A stretch of 34,426 nucleotides of DNA, taken from positions 1 through 34,426 of the IMG/VR virus record IMGVR_UViG_3300031965_000102. One strand, 5' to 3'. The position numbers were made by a program, and so were the translations under genes. Origin of the DNA: a virus. Lineage: Duplodnaviria; Caudoviricetes. The notes beneath the pieces are model-generated. The model saw nothing but the letters and a program-made list of their open reading frames with translations, was not told the DNA's origin and ran no database searches. Below are positions 27,756-34,426 of the stretch, in pieces (position 1 is the stretch's first letter; each line of letters begins with the position of its first letter).

Positions 27756-28039
27756 TTCCCTAAAACCTCCCCTGCCAGTTTCCAGCCATCTGCTTTCATC
27801 TCCTCGTACACCTCGTCTTTGCCAACAGCTTCTTTAATATGCTTGGCCTCAAGCAGCAACCTTAAAGCCTCCTCCTGCTTATGCGCCCTCGTTGCTAAGA
27901 TACCATAAGCCTTTTGACAATATTTCAGCATGGTTTCCATGTCTTCATAGCTCCAGGATTCATATCCCCTAACCGGGACGTCCTTAACATAAAGCTCCCG
28001 TGCAGCGTCTATTAAACCTCTTTTTATTTCTTCACTCAT
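27752..28039 (-). CDS. Hypothetical protein
   Basis: 95 aa, coupled to its neighbours. Confidence 0.7.
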   Translation of the reverse strand: MSEEIKRGLIDAARELYVKDVPVRGYESWSYEDMETMLKYCQKAYGILATRAHKQEEALRLLLEAKHIKEAVGKDEVYEEMKADGWKLAGEVLGK

Positions 28040-28233
28040 TATTCCGCCCCCGCTTCTACTATACTATACCCACCCGCCCATATAATACCAAACGGCACTT
28101 TAGGTTCCTTAGCGGCTAAAGCCTCGGCTATTAAATCGGCGTATTCATACTCCCGTGCAACGGCTATTGGCTTCTGACCCCGCAATATTATATATCCCTG
28201 TATGGGGTACGTAAAGGGTATCAAATCACTCAT
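28039..28233 (-). CDS. Hypothetical protein
   Basis: 64 aa with GGGAG RBS. Confidence 0.65.
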   Translation of the reverse strand: MSDLIPFTYPIQGYIILRGQKPIAVAREYEYADLIAEALAAKEPKVPFGIIWAGGYSIVEAGAE

Positions 28234-28369
28234 ACAATCTCCCTATCCTCTCATTAATTAAATTCAACTGCGCCTGAAACTCCATTCTGGCTTGCGCTTC
28301 ACCCGCCGAATAGCCGATTCCGAAACTTAATGCCGTTAAGATTAATATAAATAGCATTGATACTTTCAT
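28226..28369 (-). CDS. Small membrane or secreted protein (47 aa, not in track)
   Basis: GGAGG RBS. MKVSMLFILILTALSFGIGYSAGEAQARMEFQAQLNLINERIGRLYE. Confidence 0.7.
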   Translation of the reverse strand: MKVSMLFILILTALSFGIGYSAGEAQARMEFQAQLNLINERIGRLYE

Positions 28370-28392
28370 ACTATGCCTCCCATTTAAATATA

Positions 28393-28749
28393 CTATTTTA
28401 CAGTCCTCACCATGCTTCTAAGTAGTATATTAACCGCCTGCTGCTGCTCTTCGGATAGCTTGTTAAAGCCCCACATCGCTTCCCCCGTGCGCCTCGGGGA
28501 TTTAACAACCCCACACTCCTCCGCGTCTACAAAATAGGATAACGGCTTATTAAAGCTCCTTGCCAGTAGTATAAGCCTGCTTGCGGATACGCGGTCTTTC
28601 CCGTTTTCGTATTTGCTTACCTGCTGCTGTGTAACGCCCATAACAGCGGCAACATGCGTGCGTGACGCGCCGTTTTCAATACGTAACCATTTTATCTTAT
28701 TGCCTATAATAGCGTCAAGGCTATGCGTTTCGGGTGTGTTTCTGGTCAT
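28393..28749 (-). CDS. XRE-family HTH transcriptional regulator, alphaproteobacterial type
   Basis: D..IG.KI..LR...GVTQQQVSKYENG.DRVSASRL..LA.......YF. Confidence 0.9.
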   Translation of the reverse strand: MTRNTPETHSLDAIIGNKIKWLRIENGASRTHVAAVMGVTQQQVSKYENGKDRVSASRLILLARSFNKPLSYFVDAEECGVVKSPRRTGEAMWGFNKLSEEQQQAVNILLRSMVRTVK

Positions 28750-28754
28750 GGCGC

Positions 28755-29858
28755 TTACCCCTCTTTAACTGCAATAAATTTTCCGTTTTCTACAGTATAT
28801 AAAACGTCTTCTTTTAAAATCTCGTTATCAATTTTGCCTGAAACTATATTAATAATGTTTTCATCTTCTTCATCGTATTCAGCGAGAACGAGCCAAGCTC
28901 CCAACTTGCCTTTTGCTTTACTTTTTACTCCCCTGCATAGGGCGATAGAGTTTATGCCCTTCGCCACAGCCGTACTGGAGTGTTCATTCGCCACAGCCGC
29001 ACTGTAGCTTTGATTCGCCACAGCCGCACTGGAGTGTTCATTCGCCACAGCCGTTTTCTCACTGACTCTTGTTAATATTTTAGCGCAAGCGCTTTGAATA
29101 AATGCGCTGATTTCAAAGTTAAATTTTACTTCAAAACCAATTTTTGTAACAAGGGGTTTGTACTGCCATAAATCGAACTCTCTATACTCTTCTCCATCAT
29201 CACCATAAAATGTAGCTTCTTGAAAAAGGTACTTATCGTTGTAAAATCTGTTTTTCTCCGGGTGAAGCTTAGCCTTGATTATCTCTATATTCACATAACC
29301 CAAGTTCTTCATTTCGCTATCACCAACTGACATGCCCATTTCTTCAAGGAAGGCTACAATATATTTAATGTATTTGGGGTTTATCGACCCGTTGCCCCTA
29401 CCCTTAATTTGCTGGTCACGCTCCATAGTGCAATGAGGCATGTTTTCTTTATCGCGCAAGGAGTATATTTCAACACGGCGGCCATAGTAACTGCCAACGC
29501 AATGGCGCATTAGAAAGCCCTCTCGTTTATATGCGTTTTCCCCTACTAACTTTATTATTTTAAACCCATCGCCAAAATCTTTAATAAGCTCAATATCTGA
29601 CTCCAACTCCTGAATGTCTGAGCCTTTCTTTATTAGTGTTTTATTCTATTTATCTGTGTTATTTTTAGCCTGTTCATAAGACATTTTACCGATACGTTTA
29701 GGACGCTTGTCGGAAGCAAAGTAATCAATAATATGCTCCACTTCGGACTGCTCCGGTTTGTCTTTTTCAAGACGTGGTTTTAGATGGGTGTTTATCCACG
29801 CGAGTACGTCTTGTTCTACTCCGACGCCTTGCGCATATTTTATTATTTCGTTTATCAT
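28755..29858 (-). pseudogene. PcfJ-like domain protein interrupted by one in-frame TAG (29646-29648)
   Basis: Track ORFs 29646..29858 and 28755..29606 are in the same frame: ...AKNNTDK*NKTLIKKGSDIQELESDIEL... PcfJ-like EGFLMRHCVGSY...IYSLRD...QIKG..N. Confidence 0.75.
28960..29053 (-). repeat. About 3.5 x 27-bp repeats encoding AVANEHSS(A/T)
   Basis: TTCGCCACAGCCG recurs at 28960, 28987, 29014 and 29041. Confidence 0.95.
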
Positions 29859-29880
29859 AATCCTATCCTCTGTTAAATTC

Positions 29881-29925
29881 AGGCGGTGGCAACTTCGCCT
29901 TTTAGCTTTTTGTTTTCTTTTTCTA
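29881..29925 (+). terminator. Putative terminator oriented antisense to the leftward operon
   Basis: AGGCGGTG-gcaa-CTTCGCCT followed by long T tracts on the + strand. Confidence 0.5.
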
Positions 29926-29936
29926 ACCTTTTGTTT

Positions 29937-30104
29937 TTATCTTCTAAAACAGAATACTCGTTCTAGGCTTGCAAGGAGCCGTTCCACCTCCTTCACTTCG
30001 CTAAACTCGCCGCTCATAACCCTCCGGAATTCCGCGGGGGTTGGTGTAATTTCGTCTTTGTATCCAAGCCGGATTTCTAACTCCATTTTAAAGTTATCTA
30101 ACAT
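29937..30104 (-). CDS. Small hypothetical protein (55 aa, not in track)
   Basis: AAAGGAG RBS. MLDNFKMELEIRLGYKDEITPTPAEFRRVMSGEFSEVKEVERLLASLERVFCFRR. Confidence 0.7.
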   Translation of the reverse strand: MLDNFKMELEIRLGYKDEITPTPAEFRRVMSGEFSEVKEVERLLASLERVFCFRR

Positions 30105-30106
30105 CG

Positions 30107-30904
30107 CTAACTCCTTTCATATTGTTGTAAATCTTCATTCGGGTTTATCGGTTCGCTAATAATATGCTGATGCTCATTGAGGAAATATTCCCGTATGTCA
30201 TCCATATATTTATTACTCTCCAATTTCGATAGACTTGCTGTTGACTTGCCATTTAAAAACATCGCCTTAAACATCCTATGCACAAAGTCATTATTCAGAC
30301 AAACCAGAATCACTTTCAGAACGTCACTTACAAACCTATCCGGCCTTTGCTTGTAAAAAGCTATCGCCTGAGCATAAATGACTCCCCATTGCGCCTTGTT
30401 CTGTTGGTTGCTACGCCTTTGCACCGCCCTTTCCAATGTCATCTTTACTTTAGGTGCTTTGGGGTTTTTAAAGTACCGCTTTAACATTTGCCAATGCGCC
30501 ACCAACTGCCCCGGATGCTCGATGATAAACGTCTTTCTCCAGCGCGCTTTTTGCTCTTCTAGCTCTGGAGGCTGCACCCCGTTTATCCACAAGCATAAAT
30601 ATCTTATCGCCTCACACTCCCACCACTGGGGAGGACAATAAATGCCCTCCCCCTTCTGATGCTGCATACTATGCTCTTCCTGATGCATCGGCACTGCAAA
30701 GTAAGGCGGCTTCTCCCCCATGCCCGCACCCATAGAAACACGCCTTACGTGACAGGCGGGATTAAGCCCCTCCCCGTCCTTGTACTCCGAGTAAGTTTCA
30801 GTGAACACGGAAGGCCAGCGCCTCAACCAGTTAAGATACTCCTCCTCAGCGCCTCTTTCCCTCGCTCTTTGCATCAGGCTGTTTAATTGTGTTTCTTGTT
30901 TCAT
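30107..30904 (-). CDS. Fusion of a DUF968/YbcO-like putative nuclease domain and a NinB/Orf-like domain
   Basis: N-terminal YLNWLRR.P...ACHVRR...GAGMG.KP...AVP...EH..QH. C-terminal RRSNQQN..W...STASLS..E...Y...I. Confidence 0.7.
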   Translation of the reverse strand: MKQETQLNSLMQRARERGAEEEYLNWLRRWPSVFTETYSEYKDGEGLNPACHVRRVSMGAGMGEKPPYFAVPMHQEEHSMQHQKGEGIYCPPQWWECEAIRYLCLWINGVQPPELEEQKARWRKTFIIEHPGQLVAHWQMLKRYFKNPKAPKVKMTLERAVQRRSNQQNKAQWGVIYAQAIAFYKQRPDRFVSDVLKVILVCLNNDFVHRMFKAMFLNGKSTASLSKLESNKYMDDIREYFLNEHQHIISEPINPNEDLQQYERS

Positions 30905-30996
30905 AGCTCTATTGTATTAGTGTTTTACCTACTTCGGAGGGGGTATTTTACTATTTTCTAAGTAAAATACATGGGCGCAATTTTGCACCCATCTTT

Positions 30997-31743
30997 TTAA
31001 GTCCCCTCATTAACAATCCTCAAAGGCTCACCTGATAGCGGTACGGCAGAGACTCCAACCATTTCTGCAAAACGCTCTATCTCTTCTTTGCATAATTTGT
31101 ATATCGCCTTATAATGCACCCCTGCATCTATGTTTTTATGTATAATCCTTGCCACAATACTTTCTGCTGTTGCTAGGTGTATCAATTGCATCTCGTTTAA
31201 TAATCTTCTAATTTTATTTGGCTTTTCTATAGCCTCTGCGAAATAAAACAACGCCTTGTATTCCATGTCAGTTATTAAGCTATAATAACGACTAGCACTC
31301 TTACTTTTGTTTTTTACCGCATACCCAACCAACCTTTCTATTGCATCCGTCTCTAGTTTTCTTAAAAGCTTTCCGTTATTTCTTGTTAAGTTCCAAGACT
31401 CGCTACCTTGGTTCTGTTTTTGAATGGATAATACTTGCTGCATCGAGTCAAATGCTTCGATAAAATCCTCCTTAAACTTTCCCGCCTTCTTACCAGTAAA
31501 TCCCATTATAACGAACGAGTAACCCTTCCATGTCATCTCGTAGACCAGGTATTCAAGTTTATTGTTTTGTACCTTTTTTGACACCGCAAAATTTCGGTGT
31601 CGAAATTGTGACGAACACTCTATATTTTCTATCGCCCTGATAACGTCATCGTGCCTTTTTCCAAATTTATTTGCGACTGTTACCGAGTCCGTATAGGCGA
31701 TGTTATTTCTGCTATAAACTAAGATTTCGTTTTTATTTGTCAT
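30997..31743 (-). CDS. rha: Rha-family phage regulatory protein
   Basis: TDS..VA..FGKRH.DVIR.I and YEMT..G..F..MGFTGKKA.KFK..FIEAF. ATG 31743 is preferred to 31881. Confidence 0.92.
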   Translation of the reverse strand: MTNKNEILVYSRNNIAYTDSVTVANKFGKRHDDVIRAIENIECSSQFRHRNFAVSKKVQNNKLEYLVYEMTWKGYSFVIMGFTGKKAGKFKEDFIEAFDSMQQVLSIQKQNQGSESWNLTRNNGKLLRKLETDAIERLVGYAVKNKSKSASRYYSLITDMEYKALFYFAEAIEKPNKIRRLLNEMQLIHLATAESIVARIIHKNIDAGVHYKAIYKLCKEEIERFAEMVGVSAVPLSGEPLRIVNEGT

Positions 31744-31750
31744 TTTAAAC

Positions 31751-31835
31751 TCTTTGGCGGAACGGACTTGCAAAATAAACACGAGTGTTGAGATAGGAGT
31801 CCTTGCGGTTTTCCCCTGGTCCGTTCCATTAAAGA
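31751..31835 (-). ncRNA. Structured 5' leader of rha
   Basis: Closing stem TCTTT..GGAACGGAC / GTCCGTTCC..AAAGA encloses a CC-GCAA-GG hairpin and AACAC/GTGTT. Confidence 0.55.
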
Positions 31836-31905
31836 AGATGATACATGATTGTGACTCACATTTATTTTGCACCCCCATCATACCACCCGAAAAATTTAAG
31901 TCAAA

Positions 31906-32193
31906 CTAAAACATCAATTCATCGTCCAGCTCTTCAACCGCAAAGTCTGCCTGCTGTGGCTGGCCTTGTTGCTGCGGAGAATCCTGCTGATGCTCCTGCT
32001 TCGGCTCATACAGTGACAGCAAGACAGTATCCCTATTGCTTTGTAGCCCCGCAGGATTGAAAGTCCTGTCCAGAAGAATGAATGGCTTCCCGTCCTTCTC
32101 CATCACAACACCCACGTTTTTATAACGCTTCTTCTCTTCGCCGTGTTTGTTTGTGTAGCTGCCTAATGTAGCTACTATGTCGTATTTTTTCAT
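31906..32193 (-). CDS. Putative single-stranded DNA-binding protein
   Basis: Y...GEEK.RY.NVG motif, Q-rich linker and acidic tail EELDDELMF. Follows Sak and the exonuclease. Confidence 0.7.
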   Translation of the reverse strand: MKKYDIVATLGSYTNKHGEEKKRYKNVGVVMEKDGKPFILLDRTFNPAGLQSNRDTVLLSLYEPKQEHQQDSPQQQGQPQQADFAVEELDDELMF

Positions 32194-32198
32194 ATCAA

Positions 32199-32867
32199 CT
32201 ACTCCGTAAAAGTTAAACGCTTATAAACACTCTCTATCGCCTGAACGTCCTGCAAACAATAGTCTTGAACTTCCTTATATTTCCCCGCCTTGACATATTC
32301 CCACACCTTAGAGCCGTCCAGTTCAGTTTTTGGAGATTCAATGCCCAGGTACTTACAAAGGCTATCAAGGCTCACCCTGCCATTACCTACCCACAAGGCC
32401 ATAGTATCTGTATAGCTCCCCTTCCAAACTGCATCATGGGCGGGAAGTACAAAGCCGGGCTTTACTTTGTGCACTATCATCCTATGTAGTAAAAACGGTA
32501 AATCAAAACCTGATATGTTATGCCCGATAAAATGAGGCTGCTTATATGTTCTAGAAACCACCTCTGCCATAACCTCATTAAATTCCACCAGCATCATCCT
32601 TTCGGATTCGGGGCTCAGGTCACCTCTGGTTATTATTATGGGGTTAGTTACCTTTAGCCCTGTGCAAAATATCTGCCCCATACCGCCGTTAAATGAGGTT
32701 TTAGCAACCAGCTCCTCACCTGCGGCAACCCCGTTTTCCTCCATCCACTTCGCTATAGTTTCGGGCTTCTTATGGGTGGCTGGCGGCTGTACAGTGTCTT
32801 TTAGCTCTTTAATCCAGCTCTCGTTTTGCGTTGGGATTGTCTCGATATCTATAAAAACTTTATTCAT
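32199..32867 (-). CDS. 3'-5' exonuclease, PolB-related DnaQ-like
   Basis: ExoI FIDIET, ExoII GHNISGFDLPFL and ExoIII YCLQDV. Confidence 0.9.
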   Translation of the reverse strand: MNKVFIDIETIPTQNESWIKELKDTVQPPATHKKPETIAKWMEENGVAAGEELVAKTSFNGGMGQIFCTGLKVTNPIIITRGDLSPESERMMLVEFNEVMAEVVSRTYKQPHFIGHNISGFDLPFLLHRMIVHKVKPGFVLPAHDAVWKGSYTDTMALWVGNGRVSLDSLCKYLGIESPKTELDGSKVWEYVKAGKYKEVQDYCLQDVQAIESVYKRLTFTE

Positions 32868-33478
32868 TTTCTTACCTCTGTTTCTTTGTTGATTTTCTCC
32901 GCCAGGTCGGGATAATCCGATATAATTTTTTTCAGGAACGTACTGTTATCTTTTTGTAAATCCATAAGACCCTGCTCGTTTGTTACGGCTTGCAATTTCT
33001 CAATGTAACTTTCAGTCCACTTTTCGGCATTCTCCTTTTTTTGGGTCGGGGTTAACTCCACCCCTACGCTTTTTTGCGTTTTATCGTACAAAGCCAGTCC
33101 AAAAGGATTGCCAAACGTCATAAAGGCTCTTTTCATAGCGTCCGTTTCGGCCTCTTTAGCCGCCCCCTCTATAGCGTCAAATTCATCTTTAGCAACCTGA
33201 CTGCCGTTTCCAGTTCCCTCCCTGACCACATCGCCTACGGTTATCCTCACCATAGCCTCGTAGCCCACCTTAACCTTTTCGCCGTATGCGTATCTGCACA
33301 CCTGCTTATTATAGACTGTTTCACGCTTCCAGCAGCCAAAGCCAAATATCCTATTCGCTTCGGCTATAACATGCCAACCCTCAATGTATGACAGCATCAC
33401 CTCAGCTTTACTTCTTTGGCTGACCGCCGCCGGATTCAGCTTCTGCTTTAACATCTCGTCTTGTTCTGTAGTAAACAT
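32864..33478 (-). CDS. Rad52/Rad22-family single-strand annealing protein (Sak-like)
   Basis: LSYIEGWHVIAEANRIFGF..W, REGTG.G and AKEAETDAMKRA...FG..FGL.LYDK. Confidence 0.95.
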   Translation of the reverse strand: MFTTEQDEMLKQKLNPAAVSQRSKAEVMLSYIEGWHVIAEANRIFGFGCWKRETVYNKQVCRYAYGEKVKVGYEAMVRITVGDVVREGTGNGSQVAKDEFDAIEGAAKEAETDAMKRAFMTFGNPFGLALYDKTQKSVGVELTPTQKKENAEKWTESYIEKLQAVTNEQGLMDLQKDNSTFLKKIISDYPDLAEKINKETEVRK

Positions 33479-33480
33479 AT

Positions 33481-33552
33481 CTAACCCCTTAAATAGTAAT
33501 CATAATCCATCTGCTCGTCTTGTTCGCCATACAGGCTATATTCATCATCCAT
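33481..33552 (-). CDS. Acidic Tyr-rich micropeptide (23 aa, not in track)
   Basis: TGATG coupling. MDDEYSLYGEQDEQMDYDYYLRG ends 2 nt before the sak ATG. Confidence 0.55.
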   Translation of the reverse strand: MDDEYSLYGEQDEQMDYDYYLRG

Positions 33553-33752
33553 CACACCCCCATATCAATTGACTTTTTCCTTGCTTCATACCTCTCCCTA
33601 TGGAGCTTAAGCCGCTCCACCATCTTCCTCTTGTCCGACCGAATTTGCAGCATAGTCATTTTGTGGCTGTCACGTATAGTCATGATTAGCAGTACAAATA
33701 TGCACGCCCAAACGACCAGACAAACAACCGCAGCGTATAGTAAATACTCCAT
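33552..33752 (-). CDS. Single-TM membrane protein
   Basis: N-terminal TM segment, basic tail, GAGGGGG RBS. Confidence 0.7.
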   Translation of the reverse strand: MEYLLYAAVVCLVVWACIFVLLIMTIRDSHKMTMLQIRSDKRKMVERLKLHRERYEARKKSIDMGV

Positions 33753-33761
33753 AATACCCCC

Positions 33762-33902
33762 TCAGTTTAATAACATTTTAAAACAAGTGTCGTATGAATA
33801 CTTCACCTGGCATTGCTGCATCGCCACATTATCCGCCTTGGACATGGTGTATAAGAATACAGACAAGCACCAACCGACTAGTAATATGTATCTGATTTTC
33901 AT
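33762..33902 (-). CDS. Small membrane or secreted protein (46 aa, not in track)
   Basis: GGAGGGG RBS. MKIRYILLVGWCLSVFLYTMSKADNVAMQQCQVKYSYDTCFKMLLN. Confidence 0.65.
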   Translation of the reverse strand: MKIRYILLVGWCLSVFLYTMSKADNVAMQQCQVKYSYDTCFKMLLN

Positions 33903-34042
33903 AACCCCTCCATAGCATCTATCAATTCACAAATCCCATCTTTCAACTTTCCTTCGTTAAGCTCTCTGGCGATGCTTATAAGCTCCTGCCTTACCTGCTT
34001 GTAGAAATAGGCGTTAAAGTCTATTACGTTTGATTTCGGCAT
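33899..34042 (-). CDS. Small hypothetical protein (47 aa, not in track)
   Basis: AAGGAGG RBS. MPKSNVIDFNAYFYKQVRQELISIARELNEGKLKDGICELIDAMEGL. Confidence 0.7.
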   Translation of the reverse strand: MPKSNVIDFNAYFYKQVRQELISIARELNEGKLKDGICELIDAMEGL

Positions 34043-34044
34043 GG

Positions 34045-34426
34045 TTAGTCCTCCTTAATAAGGTTTAAAATGCCGTGGGGTACCGTTGCTCCGCCCTCAA
34101 GTGAGGTGCATGTTATGGTTTTCTCGGCTTCACTTACCCTTTTATGGATAGCAACCCCCGCGAATACACTCAACCCACAAGAGATTTTGGATTTACAGTT
34201 AATATACAACCCCGCCGATATTCCAGAGAAACAGCCAGCCTTTATATACCAGCCAGCCTCTATATACTCGCCAGCCTTTATAGACTCGCCAGCCTCTATA
34301 TACTCGCCAGCCTTTATAGACTCGCCAGCCTCTATATACCTGCCAGCCTTTATATACCCGCCAGCCTCTATATACCCGCCAGCCTCTATAGACCAGCCAG
34401 CCTCTATATACTCGCCAGCCTTTATA
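34045..34426 (-). CDS. Hexapeptide-repeat (I[KE]AGx[YS]) beta-helix-like protein, 5' truncated (not in track)
   Basis: Open frame IKAGEY-IEAGWS-IEAGGY...IKAGCFSGISAGLYINCKSKISCGLSVFAGVAIH...LIKED*. Confidence 0.85.
   Translation of the reverse strand, partial: IKAGEYIEAGWSIEAGGYIEAGGYIKAGRYIEAGESIKAGEYIEAGESIKAGEYIEAGWYIKAGCFSGISAGLYINCKSKISCGLSVFAGVAIHKRVSEAEKTITCTSLEGGATVPHGILNLIKED
34234..34426. repeat. At least 10.7 x 18-bp tandem repeat
   Basis: GCCAGCCT(T/C)TATA(T/G)ACNN units from 34234 to the window end. Confidence 0.97.

Noticed and set aside
29646-29648. Genome-wide TAG reassignment
   Set aside because: terS (4069), capsid (9766) and DUF5675 (24100) end normally at TAG, and the long genes have no internal TAG. 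No suppressor tRNA is seen.
34234-34426. CRISPR array or DGR variable region
   Set aside because: The 18-bp units are contiguous with no spacers and encode an open hexapeptide frame. No RT or template repeat is seen.

Overview
Most of the genome of a tailed dsDNA phage or prophage, broken at both ends inside genes. It has a podovirus-type virion module (BPP-1/T7-like gene order) and lambdoid-style replication and recombination genes. The + strand (1-24612) carries a replication initiator C-terminus with an overlapping loader-like gene, small accessory genes, terminase, portal, scaffold, major capsid, head decoration proteins, tail tubular A/B, three internal virion proteins, tail fibre genes and a DUF5675-type lysis cassette. 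The - strand (34426-24628) carries a hexapeptide-repeat gene, Rad52/Sak annealase, 3'-5' exonuclease, SSB-like gene, Rha, a nuclease-NinB fusion, a PcfJ-like gene split by one in-frame TAG, an XRE regulator resembling Rickettsiales proteins, and many small ORFs. I saw no integrase, RNA or DNA polymerase, tRNA, CRISPR or reverse transcriptase. The most notable non-coding signal is a three-hairpin RNA leader starting at the predicted capsid transcription start, with the same asymmetric internal loop twice in opposite orientation. A second structured leader precedes rha. All family calls come from motif recognition by eye, not database searches.
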